From Chrysochromulina tobinii (lineage: Eukaryota): a DNA stretch of 56,797 bases. Each line of letters begins with the position of its first letter. Positions within the stretch are counted from its first letter, which is position 1. Below the pieces are notes generated by a model. That model did not search any database. It saw nothing but the letters and a program-made list of their open reading frames with translations, and was not told the DNA's origin. Location: NCBI GenBank assembly GCA_001275005.1, contig JWZX01003397.1, positions 1 to 56,797 on the forward strand, in the 5' to 3' direction. Position numbers and translations under genes: made by a program. Of this stretch, positions 23,127 to 33,887 are shown in pieces.

Positions 23127-23924
23127 TCATATTCTCAACATGAAGCCAGACCCTTCTCTGGGTGAAGGCAACGCAGCGTCCTCGTCACTCCTCGGTACAT
23201 TCCGTCGGTACATCGGTTGTACATCCACCATGAGTTGTCCTTGGGCTTGCTCATCGGCAGAACTCCATGTAGTCTGGCTATCAGCACCATCATGCCGCGT
23301 GCCTGCCTGATGCTCCTCTGCAACTGCTGTCAGCCCGCTGTTGGGAGCGCGACGAATGGCGGATGTTCTAGAGTTGACAGCACTTTGGCTGGGCACATTG
23401 CACGCGTAGGCGGGCTCAAAACCAACCGGTAAGGGCTCCGCGAGGCTCGAGTCCGTCCGCAGCACATTGGGCACATAGCACACGTTGAGCAGTGTGTCAG
23501 GATCAAACGGCATTGAAGCCTGAGATCTCGCCTCCGAGTCTGCGGCTGGCGAGTGTGACGACGTTGCGGAAATTGAGATGGGCTCCATGGTACGCACGGC
23601 ACGTGCGCACCTTGCGCAGGCGCTCCCACGGACCTCGAGGCGTAGAGAAGGCGTGACGCGGCCCTGCTTGAGGTTTCGAATCGTAGACTCCGACCACCCG
23701 ATCAGGTATTTGGTTTTGTATAGCTCGTTGAACTTGTGGCGGCGGAAGCATGAAAAGTACACGGCCCACGCGCAGAAGAAGAAAATACTGATGGGCAGAG
23801 CGATCCATGCACCAATGGCCAGTTGGGCAAGGTACTCGCCGTCACTGGCTGTCAGCGCACTGGACACGAAATCAATGGGGCGTGCGGGGGGCGCTGGCGG
23901 TGGCGATGGCGGGGATGGCGACAT
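23127..23924 (-). CDS. Hypothetical single-pass membrane protein with a Pro-rich N-terminus
   Basis: SPSPPSPPPAPP, then a TM segment LAIGAWIALPISIFFFCAWAVYF followed by basic RRHK. Introns are possible. Confidence 0.55.
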   Translation of the reverse strand: MSPSPPSPPPAPPARPIDFVSSALTASDGEYLAQLAIGAWIALPISIFFFCAWAVYFSCFRRHKFNELYKTKYLIGWSESTIRNLKQGRVTPSLRLEVRGSACARCARAVRTMEPISISATSSHSPAADSEARSQASMPFDPDTLLNVCYVPNVLRTDSSLAEPLPVGFEPAYACNVPSQSAVNSRTSAIRRAPNSGLTAVAEEHQAGTRHDGADSQTTWSSADEQAQGQLMVDVQPMYRRNVPRSDEDAALPSPREGSGFMLRI

Positions 23925-24759
23925 TGCACACGCGGCACGCCGTATACGGTGCCGGACGTACCTGCTTTTGGGTTGGGCGCCGTCGCGCCGCGTTCATACC
24001 GGTACAGCTCCGCGTGCAAAGTTACCAAGTTTATATTTCGCTTCGGCTATCGGGCTGTTACCACCCCAAACACAGCACCGCGACTAATTCCTTTAGCCAT
24101 CTCGGTTACATCTCGCTGGCTTAGACACTACAAAGTGTCTAGATCTCTAGATGTCCCCGGCCGTCGAGCGTCGCCACCGCGGGCCGGGCGGCCGCACGTC
24201 CTCCAAGGGACGTCCTCAGACCTCACCCGCCGCCAACCCAGCTCGGAGCGGTCATCTGGCGGCTCGTGTCGCCTGATCTGACGCACCACTCGTTAACGCA
24301 CTGACGCTGCACGCGATTCCCGAGCTTGACCGAAGCGTTGAACGCCTTGAACCAATCGGAATCGCACGGGGGCTCGGCGGCGCACACGCAGGCACGCTCC
24401 GGGCAGGTCGCGAGGCAGCGTCCGAGATCGCAGTATATTGTTTATTAATTGTTTAAGAAGATGTGATTCGTTGTGTGTGCAAATTCAGAGATCGGATTGG
24501 TGCCTCCCCTATAGGCCGCTATACCCCCTTGGGTAAAAGCACGACCGCCGGCTCTCCGTGCCCCGGGGAACTCCCGCCAGCCCCACCCGGCCGCGCGAGC
24601 CATACGGCATCACAGCATGGCTCAGTCGGCTCCACACACGCACACACACCCGCACGGCCACATCGCATTCACGGTCTATCATGGAGGCCGGTCGAATTCG
24701 CCACCTCGCCATCGACCTCGCCAAGCAGGGTCTGCTCGACGAAACAATCCCCTCCAGGC

Positions 24760-25676
24760 CTACAGCCCCAAGTTCACCTTGGCGTCTAGGAGCGTGGGCT
24801 GCGCCATCTCCCAGAACATGGCGAGCAGCACCGCCTGGAAGGCGAGTCGGACGACGTGCGCCTTGGGCGGCGTCTCGAGGTTCAAAGGGAAATTGGCCCC
24901 TGCTACAGTGGGATCGGCAGGGGTTAGCTACTCGCCGTCACGGATTCTAAGGGCCCACAGACGGTTCGGTGAAGGAAGGCGCTACCGTGCGTCAGTGCAT
25001 AGATATTCGCGGGAGTAACCATGACTGTGAGCAAGAAGAGGGTCAACGCCGCGTCTGACACAACGGGACCCAGTGTGGCAGGCAGCGTGAAACCAGCAAG
25101 CGGAGCAAGGGCGCCAAAAAGCATCCAGCTTCCGCCAAAAATCTCCACAACGCCTGTCCAGATGACGTTGACCTTAGGCGAGAAAGGGGTGTAGAACCAG
25201 CCCCACGTGCCGTTCGGAGGCGTAATGTTCTCGAAGCCTTCGAGTTCCGTGAAATGTGCGATCCCAGCGGCGAGATAGATGAGGCCGAGGGCTGGCCAGG
25301 ACGGCCGTGACAAGTTCCAGAGGAAGGAACCACGCACTGCGTCAAAAGTAGGACCGGCAATGAGAGCTGTCCCAACACCGATGGCTGCGATGATTCCGAA
25401 CACGATCGCAGCTTGCATTCCCAATGGCATCGCATTGATCCCTGAGGGAGCTGGCAGGTCACGGCCGGCCCCAACGCCCCTCACAATCTGCTTCTCCGAA
25501 CATTGCGGTGCCACGAGGCGAGCACCGCTGCTGACCTGAGCACCGCCGGTCGAGAGCACCGCCGGCCGGTGTCGAAGACTCATACCTCGCACTGCCGCAC
25601 TCGTTAACGTGCGCACTGGCCGCACGCAGGCCACGACCAGGAGGCCGACGAGCAGATACGATCGAGATCCCGCCAT
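24760..25676 (-). CDS. DoxX-like multi-pass membrane protein, probably plastid-targeted, 2 exons
   Basis: Signal peptide; LGLIYLAAGIAHF, WTGVVEIFGG and VTPANIYALTHG. Intron 24900-24985 (GTAGCG...CTAAC...TAGCAG) extends the frame to HVVRLAFQAVLLAMFWEM...GL*. Confidence 0.75.
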
Positions 25677-25853
25677 CTTCGACAGCGGCTGCTGTAACGC
25701 AATTCATATGAACACGCACGTCACGTAAAACGCAGTTCACAATGTTTTGCACAGCCCCTTTGTGGGGGTGGGAATACGTGTGGCGACTAGAAATAGTCTC
25801 ACGTTCACAGCCAATGTGTATAACTCGACGTTCACACTCCGAGAACACACGAA

Positions 25854-26378
25854 ATGTCGGATGTGTCGCAAGAGGCGTGGGGGCGCGGCTACAAACTCAA
25901 CGTCATGTTCCTCTGCATGCACAACTCGTGCCGCTCGCAGATGGCCGACGGCTGGATGCGACGGCTGTGCGAGGTGGCGGGCGTCCCGATCGGCGTCGCG
26001 TCTGCCGGCATCAAGGACTCGCGGGAGATCAAGCGAGGAGCGATCGTGGTGATGGCGGAGGTTGGGATCGACCTGAGCCAAGCGACGTCGCACGCCCTCA
26101 GCAGCTACTCGTCCGACGTCTTTGACGTCGTTGTCTCGTGCTGTGCATGCGGGGACCACCTCTCGGGCGAGCTCGAGACGTGGAGACACCGCACACTCTT
26201 CTTCGACTGGAACCTTGACGGGCCCGAAAAGCTGGACCCGGGCGACCTCTCCGTGTACAGGCGCGTGCGCGACGAGACGCACGAAAAGTGTGCAGACCTG
26301 CTGGCTCTTTTGGAGGCGTTTTTGCAGGATCAGGTTCAGCTACGGCTTCAGGACGAGGGCCGCGCTCTTAATAGATGA
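25854..26378 (+). CDS. arsC: Arsenate reductase of the LMW-PTP fold, cyanobacterial glutathione/glutaredoxin type
   Basis: P-loop VMFLCMHNSCRSQMADG, MAEVGIDLS, DVVVSCCACG (CxC), FFDWNLDGP and VYRRVRD. Confidence 0.82.
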   Translation: MSDVSQEAWGRGYKLNVMFLCMHNSCRSQMADGWMRRLCEVAGVPIGVASAGIKDSREIKRGAIVVMAEVGIDLSQATSHALSSYSSDVFDVVVSCCACGDHLSGELETWRHRTLFFDWNLDGPEKLDPGDLSVYRRVRDETHEKCADLLALLEAFLQDQVQLRLQDEGRALNR

Positions 26379-26609
26379 TAGTTGTAGATAATCGTAGTGT
26401 GCGTGTCTGTTGAAACGAAAGAGCGAGCGCGCTGCTCCTACCCACCCGGCCAAACAAGAATCATTCTGCGACATTCAATTGGAATCCGCGATACATGAAG
26501 AATCTGAAGTTAACTCAATTGGAACAACTATATATAACCGGGTCTATTAGCTGAGCGTCCGGCCCGACGAATAATGATGGTCCGTTGGGGGCGACATGGA
26601 TCTTTTGGA

Positions 26610-29192
26610 TCATGCGCCAGCAGCACCCTGGCCTCCGTGTCCAACGAACACCCTCTCTTTGCGCTTGCGATGCATGCGCTCGATGGGGTCCGAGAGCACG
26701 TACACGCAGTCCGAGAAGGAGATGCGCTGGTGGCTGTGCGGGTCCACCTGCTCGAGCATCGCGCCAATGGTCGCATCGTCAAGCCGCGGGTCGATGTTTG
26801 CCACGAGCGCCCGAAAGCCCCGATCGTCAAGCACACCGCGCGCCTGCAGGTCGAGCCCGCGGAAAAGGGCAACAAAGGGAGCGAGGTACGTGAGGTGGCC
26901 CGCCAGCTGGAACTCGAGTAGCTCCTGTAGGAAGGCAGCGTACGGTAGCCTGTGCGCTGCCGCCGCGACGGCCTCGGCCGCGCGCGCGCGCGCCGCCGCC
27001 GCCGCGCGGGGTGTACCAGGTACGACAATGGGTTGGGTGACAACTCTTGCGGCGGCGGTGCGATCGCGCCTAGCGGCTTCGCGCATGCGCTGCGAGATGC
27101 CTGCGACGTCGGCCTCAGTGTACAGGTATTTGACGATGTCGGTCCACTCGTCCTCTGCAAGATGGCCCTCTTGCTTCTTCTTGAGCTCGTGGGAGATTTG
27201 GATATCCGCCTTACTCGTCATCCGGCCACGCAGCTGTACGCGCAGCAGCTCGCCCACCGTATGCTTGAGCTGCCGCTGCACCTCCACAAACCCCTCCTCT
27301 ACTTCATGCCGCAGCACACACCCAAACGTTGCCACGTCTGCGTCCACCTCCTGGTACTCCCGGATTCCGTCGAAGCACGCCTGCGCGTTCTCGGCTATGA
27401 GCATCTTGAGGCCGTAGCGCGCGGTTAGGAACGTCGTCAGATGCTGTGCGAGCGTCTCGCGAGGCAGCTTCATGCGGTCAGTCTTGGCGTCATGCTTCGC
27501 CTTCGAGGCATACATCTCTTCGATCAATTCACGCATCTGGCGCAGAGAGAGGTTGCGGCCGCCGCCGCCACTGCTCAGGTAGCCTGTCATCGTGGACCCA
27601 ACGCGCCCGGGCGGCTTGCCCGACGAGGACAAGCTGCACGCTAAGGTGCTGCCGCCGCCTCCGCCGTTCGGCGCCATCTTGAGCGCCGTCAGCGTGCTGG
27701 CCGCCGCCCCGGGTGGTGTGCGAGCAGCCGACGGCGCGCTATAGCGGACGGACGACGGCGACCGCGTAGGGGAGGCGCCATCAACCGTGGCGCATTCGGC
27801 GGCGTGCGAATGGGCGCCGTAATGGGCGCCAGCCTCGGCGTTCTCGCGGGCTCCGCCGCCAGCGCCGCCAAAGTCACTGGCAAGCGCACGGGCAGCTTCC
27901 GGCCACGCTGACGCCCCATTGGCCACGTCGGCCCGGCGCGCCGGCGCGTGCGCTGCCTTGGCCGCATCACGGGCTTCCCATTCGACGCTCATGCGCTGGG
28001 CCTCCTCGAGGGCAGCGCGGCTGCTCCGAAGGAGCTCGGCCGTGTCCACGAGCGCCGGAAGCAGCGGGATGTGCGCGTCGGCGGCCAGCGTCGCAGTGGC
28101 CATGGAATTGGCAGCGGCGGCCTGGGCGGTGGCGGCGGCCACGACTGCGGCGGCGACGGAAGCGGCTGTCGCAGTGGCCTCTTGTTCAGCGGCGGCGGGC
28201 GCGCCAACCGAGGCGGGCAGCATGGAAGCGGTGGGTGCGATGGGCCCGTGAGTGCTGATATTCGTCGACCCGGGCAGCCGCGGAGATCCCCATGAGTTCA
28301 CAGCCACGCCAGCTTCGGTCGCATGCATTCCCAGAGTCGCAGATCCACTCGCGAACGCGGAAGGCGGCAGGCCGAACGCTCGCGCCGGAGACGGGGCAAC
28401 GCCTTGGTCGGCGCCAGCAGGAGCCTCTCCGTCCGCCGACAGCGCCTCTCTCCAGATGCTCGCCGCGGTGATCGGCGATGGGATCGCTGACAGCGCATGA
28501 GGCGGAGCGGTTGGGACGCAAGAGGCGTTAACCACGGCACCGGTGGCAAGCGTCGTGGCAAGCGTCGCCGCGGCCGTCAGCGTACGTGGGGCTGACGGGC
28601 TCGTCTGCCGCGAGCTGGAGATGTCCGGCCGATAACGCTGCTCCAGTTGCGCAACGTGACTCTTGAGATGAGCCTCGCGAGCCGCACTGGAGGCGGAGTT
28701 GCTTGAGCGTTCCTCTGACGAGAGGCGCATTTGCCTCTCGAGCATCTCTGCAGCGTCGAGCAGCTCTACGGTCTCGAGCTCGGCGCGACGGAGCTGCTCG
28801 CGCGACGAGAGCCGCTCCGCCGCGGCCACCTGCGCGCAGTTGCTCAGCAGGCTGAATAGCTGCGTCGCCACATTGGTTTGCATGGACGAGAGCTGCATGG
28901 TGAGGCTAGAGAGCTCGTGCATCGATGGCTCGCTCGCGGCTTCGACGGCCATCGCAATCTCGGACGCGCAAACGCGCAGGAGCTGCTGCACGGCGAGCTG
29001 GCCCTGCCCGCGCCGCACCCACTCGCTGCTCACGCCGCGCAGGCGAGAGTTCAGCTGTGAGGCGACCATCGTCTTCTCGGCATTGAAATCGATCGGACGG
29101 CCGTGCTCAGCAATAGAAAATGGACTGCGCAGCGATCGTGCGCGCGAGAAGAGAGACTCGAGTGCTGGGATGGCACTCGTCAGGTCGTCCAT
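26610..29192 (-). CDS. Uncharacterised coiled-coil/low-complexity protein with a conserved-looking C-terminal domain and degenerate EF-hand pair
   Basis: 860-aa ORF with LRQMRELIEEMYASKAKHD...LPRETLAQHL...RYGLK...DADVATFG, and C-terminal LDLQARGVLD / VDPHSHQRISFSDCV. Confidence 0.75.
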   Translation of the reverse strand: MDDLTSAIPALESLFSRARSLRSPFSIAEHGRPIDFNAEKTMVASQLNSRLRGVSSEWVRRGQGQLAVQQLLRVCASEIAMAVEAASEPSMHELSSLTMQLSSMQTNVATQLFSLLSNCAQVAAAERLSSREQLRRAELETVELLDAAEMLERQMRLSSEERSSNSASSAAREAHLKSHVAQLEQRYRPDISSSRQTSPSAPRTLTAAATLATTLATGAVVNASCVPTAPPHALSAIPSPITAASIWREALSADGEAPAGADQGVAPSPARAFGLPPSAFASGSATLGMHATEAGVAVNSWGSPRLPGSTNISTHGPIAPTASMLPASVGAPAAAEQEATATAASVAAAVVAAATAQAAAANSMATATLAADAHIPLLPALVDTAELLRSSRAALEEAQRMSVEWEARDAAKAAHAPARRADVANGASAWPEAARALASDFGGAGGGARENAEAGAHYGAHSHAAECATVDGASPTRSPSSVRYSAPSAARTPPGAAASTLTALKMAPNGGGGGSTLACSLSSSGKPPGRVGSTMTGYLSSGGGGRNLSLRQMRELIEEMYASKAKHDAKTDRMKLPRETLAQHLTTFLTARYGLKMLIAENAQACFDGIREYQEVDADVATFGCVLRHEVEEGFVEVQRQLKHTVGELLRVQLRGRMTSKADIQISHELKKKQEGHLAEDEWTDIVKYLYTEADVAGISQRMREAARRDRTAAARVVTQPIVVPGTPRAAAAARARAAEAVAAAAHRLPYAAFLQELLEFQLAGHLTYLAPFVALFRGLDLQARGVLDDRGFRALVANIDPRLDDATIGAMLEQVDPHSHQRISFSDCVYVLSDPIERMHRKRKERVFVGHGGQGAAGA

Positions 29193-29774
29193 CCTTGCGC
29201 GGTCGAGTTAGAGCGTCTTGAGTGTGAGTGCGCCTCGTACACTCCCAGCCCCTTGTCGCATAGAGAGCATTTGAGCATTTGAGAGCAAAAAGGTCAGCCA
29301 CACAGAAAATACAGGGAGGGAACGACGCTCGGAAGCTCGACAGGAGCGCCGCAGGCGGCCCCAGAGGCAGGGCGGGGAGTGCGAGTCGACCGATACCCTC
29401 TAGCCGCTAGGTACATAGTTCACAAAGTGGGGTGTGTTTACATTTACATGGATGGATGGATCCTCATGAATCCTATGTACACTGTGGTAGCTTCATGGCA
29501 TCATGGGCATTGGGCAACCGGAACGCCTGCTCCCGGAAGCCCAGGCTTGACCGAGTTCGGAGTACGACGAGCCGATGACGTTGCGCGACAAATGACGACT
29601 CGACCACACACCACTCGACACTCGTCCGGACTGTACGGTACACTGAATTAACCGACTGACACGTCACATGTGATCGGACATGTGTGTACATAAATCGCGG
29701 AAAAGTGGGATCATTGTGGGTACAGATGCAATGGGATCCACGAATTGATCTAGATACAGCTCACGTCTCGTCTC

Positions 29775-30278
29775 TTATCGGTCCATGGACAGCGCCTGGA
29801 GCATATCCGTTTGTGCCGACCAGCGTCCCCAAGCGCCCAACAAGCCATGTTCTTGCTCCTCCACTTCCATGGCCATCTGGAGGACCGATACATATGGGCA
29901 GAGGACGGCGTGCAAGCAGCTCATTATATACGATTCTTGGATGCCATATTTTAGGACCAGCGATCGCCGAACAGAAATGAGACATGGCAACAATGCGTGC
30001 CCCAGCACCGCCCCACCAAGCCCGACGCCGGCAGCAAAACCCACGCAGCAGAATCTATAGTCCTTGCCTGCGCCTACCTGCGCGATTCTGCCGAATGTGC
30101 AAGGGATGCAGCAGAAGTGTGTGATCGCGTACAAAGGCCCTTTGTCGAGGCACCCGCAACAGCCCCGACGTAGGCTTGAAGCTTGACAGCTTGCGTTGGG
30201 CCGGACGCAGTAGAGGAGATCGCAGCATGTTGAGTGCGCCCAGTCAGGCGCCGGAGGCAAGTCAAGCGGTGCATCCAT
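29775..30278 (-). CDS. PLAC8-family cysteine-rich membrane protein
   Basis: HFCCIPCTFGRI, RRSLVLKYGIQES and CLHAVLCPYVSVLQMAMEV match the PLAC8/PCR pattern. Confidence 0.8.
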   Translation of the reverse strand: MDAPLDLPPAPDWAHSTCCDLLYCVRPNASCQASSLRRGCCGCLDKGPLYAITHFCCIPCTFGRIAQVGAGKDYRFCCVGFAAGVGLGGAVLGHALLPCLISVRRSLVLKYGIQESYIMSCLHAVLCPYVSVLQMAMEVEEQEHGLLGAWGRWSAQTDMLQALSMDR

Positions 30279-30315
30279 CGTCCAAGGAAAGAGCACGAGG
30301 AGTTTTTGTGAACCA

Positions 30316-30368
30316 GTCAAGTCAAGTCAATTCAAGTCAACATTTTGACTTGACTTGAACAAGTCAAC
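30316..30368. repeat. (TCAAG)n pentanucleotide repeats in direct and inverted orientation
   Basis: gtcaagtcaagtcaattcaagtcaa-cattt-tgacttgacttga-acaagtcaa. The same unit occurs at 9429-9443. Confidence 0.75.
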
Positions 30369-30662
30369 ATTTTAATCATAGCAGTCTACTTTATCGAACT
30401 TTTCGTTGTCGGTACTTGTACATGTACCGTTGATATGCATAATTTAGTCGAGATCCGTTATGCAAATGTTGGGGGATGTTCCGCTGCAAAAGCGAGCTAC
30501 TTGTTTACTTGTTCAAGTTACATAAACTTGAACTTGAACATACTTGTTTTGCCTGCTTCAGTTTCAGAAGTTACCCGTACTCAGATTCCACACAGAAGCG
30601 GGTTGTGCGGTCCACGGCTCCACGCGGCGTCCTCGTCGGTCTACAAAGCTCGAATAGAAAAC

Positions 30663-33600
30663 ATGGACGACAGTGTCCGGCAGGTGGGGACATGGCTGCA
30701 ATGCACGCTCAACCCGGACCAAGCGCAACGGGTAGCAGCGGAGGAGGCGCTCAAGCTCTCTCAGGACCAGCCAGGCCACGTCGTCGTTCTCTTTCGTCTC
30801 GCCGTCGACCCCGCCATCCCGGCTGAACCAGCGCTGCGGCAGTCGGCAGTCATCTACATGAAGAACATGATCCATCGCCGCTGGGAACCGCGTGACCCCC
30901 CCAAATACCTCAGAGAAAAGGGCGAGCAGAGCTCGCCGGGACTCTCCGAGGATGGCAAGGCGCTGGTGCGCAACAACCTCTTCCAGGCACTCGCGGTTGC
31001 GCCGCCCCAGATCCGCTCGCAGCTCGGGTTGTGCCTGCGCACGATTGCGTTCACCGACTACCCCGAGCGCTGGCCATCTCTTCTGCCGTCCATCGTTGCG
31101 GGCCTCTCGGCCACCGACATCTCAAGCCTATACGGCCCCCTGTACAGCCTGCGTGTGCTTTGCAAGACGTATGAGTTCAAGCGCGACGAGCAGCGCAAGC
31201 CGCTGTACGGCATCGTAGACGCGACCTTTCCGATGCTGCTGCAGCTCGCGCAGCGGGTGCTTGCCCACCCGCCCGCGGCGGATGCGTCCGAGATCGCGCT
31301 GCTCATCGGCAAGATCATGTGGTCGACAACACAGCTCGGGCTGCCGCCGTGGCTGCTGCAGCCTGCCAACCTGGGACCCTGGTTCGAGACGATGCTGGCG
31401 CTGCTTGAGCAGCCGCTGCCCGAGGGCTGCCCGACCGACGAGGACGAGGCGATCAAGTGGGCCCCCTTCAAGGTGAAGAAGCGGATTGCTGCCATCTTCC
31501 ACCGGCTCATCCAGCGCTATGGGAACCCTTCCCGTCAGATCGAGCCTGACGTCCCCCTAGCGGCGGAGACGATGGGCTTCGCGCGCCACTTCCAAGACCA
31601 CATGTCCGCACGCTGCCTCTCGGCGTGCGTCACGCTGCTCGGGCGGCGCCATGCGGGACTCGTGCTGCCCAACCGCATCACGACCTCTTGCCTGCAATAC
31701 ATCGAGGAGGCGATCAAGTATAAGCTCACCTACTCGCTTCTCAAGCCGCAGCTGGGCGCGCTCTTCTCAGAGATGATGCTGCCGCTCCTTAGCTTCAGCC
31801 AGAAGGACTCCGAGCTCTGGGAGGAGGATCCGCATGAGTACGTGCGCAAGGAGTTTGACATGATCGAGGACTTCTACTCGCCGCGCACCGCCGCGACCAA
31901 CCTGCTCACGGCGCTCACCAAGAAACGAGGCAAGGACTGCCTGCACGGCATCGTAGCCACGTGCTCAGAGACACTCGCGCGCGCGCAGGGAACGGCCGAC
32001 CCCGCGCTCGCGCGCTTGAAGGACGGCGCCCTGCTCGCCATCGGCACCCTCCACAAGGATCTCGCCAAACGGGACATGTACCGGCCCGCCCTCGAGCCGA
32101 TGCTCAAGCTGCATGTGCTTCCAGAGCTTACCTCTGCCCACGGCTTCCTGCGTGCGCGTGCCATCTGGACTTACGGCCAGTTCGCGCGCTCCATCTTCCG
32201 AGAAGGAAGGGCCACTGAGCCCGAGCATCTGACGCTCGCCTTCCAGCGGTTCATGGAGTGCATGCGCGACCCGGCACTACCGGTGCGCGTGAACGCGTCG
32301 ATTGCCATCGAGGCGTTCGTTCAGGGTGAGGTGGTGCCCCAGGCGGTGGTGCAGGTGCTGCCTCAGCTGCTCGAGCTGCTCTTCTCCCTGCTCAAGGAGG
32401 TCGGATCCGATGAGATTGTCGCGACGCTCGACACGCTCATTGAAAAGCACGGCGAGCAGATGGTACCGTATGCGGTGCAGGTGGTCACCGCGCTCTGCAC
32501 GAGCTTCACGCGCATCATGGACGAGAGCGAGTCGGGCGACGACGACGATGATGGCACCATGGCAGCCATGGGCATCATGCAGGCGCTCACCACGATGATG
32601 GAGGCGGTCGCTGGCACACCCGAGGTCTACGCGGCGCTTGAGGCGCCGCTGCTGCCGCTGCTCGCGCGCTGCTGCCGAGAGGGCGGAGAGGACTTTTTCG
32701 AGGAGGCCATGGAGATCCTTGCGTACCTCACCTTCCACCAGCGCACCCTCTCTGAGGGTCTCTTCTCGATGATTCCGGTGCTGCACGAGGCCTTCCACAC
32801 GTGGGCGCGCGACTACGTCAACCAGATCCTCGCCCCGCTCGACAACTACATCCACAAGGCGACCGAGGTCTTCCTGACGGCCAACGGCGGCGCTTACGTG
32901 CAGATGACGATGTCCATTTGCCGCGGCGTCCTCGTCGGTGAAGAGGCGGAGGCGATGGGCGACTGCGACGTGTTTGGCGGGCCCAAGCTCATCGAGTCGC
33001 TGATGCACAATTGCCGCGGGCGCATCGATGCGCTCATGCCCGAGCTGGTCGCCATGATCCACGTGCGGCTGCACCTGGACGACCCAGATGGGCAGCCTGG
33101 GCTCGGGTTGACCACGCTGCTATACACAGCGCTCGGATCGGCCATCCACTACAACCCGCTGCTCACGCTTCAGATCCTCGAGCATCGCCAGTGCCAAGCG
33201 GCGCTCCTCACCAACTGGGTGAAGCATCTGGGGACTATCTGTGAACGGCCCTGCGTGCGTGCTCACGATCTCAAGATCGCGCTGCTCGCGGTCTCTAGCA
33301 TGCTCGCGATGCCCGCCGCAACGGCGCCGTACGTGATCGCGTCCAATCGGCTGATGCTCGTGCGCCAGGCCTTGACGCTGCAGGCCCGTCTGGTCAAAGC
33401 GCATGCGGACCAGGAGCGGCAGGACGATGAGGACGAGGACGACGACGACGACGATGATGGCGCCGACTTCGATGGCGAGGAGCTCGGTGATGACGTCGAT
33501 GGCGATAACGAGGACGACACGGGGACGCTGCGCCGGCTGCTCAACTCGGACCGCAAGTTCAACCTGGACGATTTCTTGAAGGCGGGCGGCCAGGATGACG

Positions 33601-33887
33601 AAGATGAGCTCGACGACGAGGAGGAGTACACGTCACCCATCGACGATCTTGACGAGCTCATCGAGTTCTCGAGCGCACTCGAGGCGGCGTGCCGGGAGGA
33701 CCCCAATCTGCTCGCCGCCGTCGGCCTCGGTGCCACCGCCGAGGGCATGCAGATCTCTGCCGAGGAGAATGCGGCGTTGCGCTCCTACCTGCAAGAGGCG
33801 GTGCAGAAGAAACACGAGAAAGAGGCTGCGAGGGCCGAGGCGGCGGCGGGTGGTGGGCTGGCCGCGGCGGCCGCCGCCCTGAGGTGA
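30663..33887 (+). CDS. IPO7: Importin-7/8 (SAD2-like) karyopherin beta
   Basis: IBN_N start (LQCTLNPDQAQRVAAEEAL, RQSAVIYMKN), DYPERWP, LWEEDPHEYVRK, KDGALLAIG, GFLRARAIW and an acidic C-terminal tract. Confidence 0.92.
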   Translation: MDDSVRQVGTWLQCTLNPDQAQRVAAEEALKLSQDQPGHVVVLFRLAVDPAIPAEPALRQSAVIYMKNMIHRRWEPRDPPKYLREKGEQSSPGLSEDGKALVRNNLFQALAVAPPQIRSQLGLCLRTIAFTDYPERWPSLLPSIVAGLSATDISSLYGPLYSLRVLCKTYEFKRDEQRKPLYGIVDATFPMLLQLAQRVLAHPPAADASEIALLIGKIMWSTTQLGLPPWLLQPANLGPWFETMLALLEQPLPEGCPTDEDEAIKWAPFKVKKRIAAIFHRLIQRYGNPSRQIEPDVPLAAETMGFARHFQDHMSARCLSACVTLLGRRHAGLVLPNRITTSCLQYIEEAIKYKLTYSLLKPQLGALFSEMMLPLLSFSQKDSELWEEDPHEYVRKEFDMIEDFYSPRTAATNLLTALTKKRGKDCLHGIVATCSETLARAQGTADPALARLKDGALLAIGTLHKDLAKRDMYRPALEPMLKLHVLPELTSAHGFLRARAIWTYGQFARSIFREGRATEPEHLTLAFQRFMECMRDPALPVRVNASIAIEAFVQGEVVPQAVVQVLPQLLELLFSLLKEVGSDEIVATLDTLIEKHGEQMVPYAVQVVTALCTSFTRIMDESESGDDDDDGTMAAMGIMQALTTMMEAVAGTPEVYAALEAPLLPLLARCCREGGEDFFEEAMEILAYLTFHQRTLSEGLFSMIPVLHEAFHTWARDYVNQILAPLDNYIHKATEVFLTANGGAYVQMTMSICRGVLVGEEAEAMGDCDVFGGPKLIESLMHNCRGRIDALMPELVAMIHVRLHLDDPDGQPGLGLTTLLYTALGSAIHYNPLLTLQILEHRQCQAALLTNWVKHLGTICERPCVRAHDLKIALLAVSSMLAMPAATAPYVIASNRLMLVRQALTLQARLVKAHADQERQDDEDEDDDDDDDGADFDGEELGDDVDGDNEDDTGTLRRLLNSDRKFNLDDFLKAGGQDDEDELDDEEEYTSPIDDLDELIEFSSALEAACREDPNLLAAVGLGATAEGMQISAEENAALRSYLQEAVQKKHEKEAARAEAAAGGGLAAAAAALR

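Noticed and set aside
24558..25018. + strand ORFs overlapping the DoxX-like 3' exon
   Set aside because: The minus-strand exon 2 explains the region and there is no independent coding evidence.
30435..30662. N-terminal ORF extensions in the track (importin, TTLL 41089, kinase 41417, L2HGDH 2443)
   Set aside because: They lie in promoter/UTR spacers; homology and codon bias begin at downstream ATGs.
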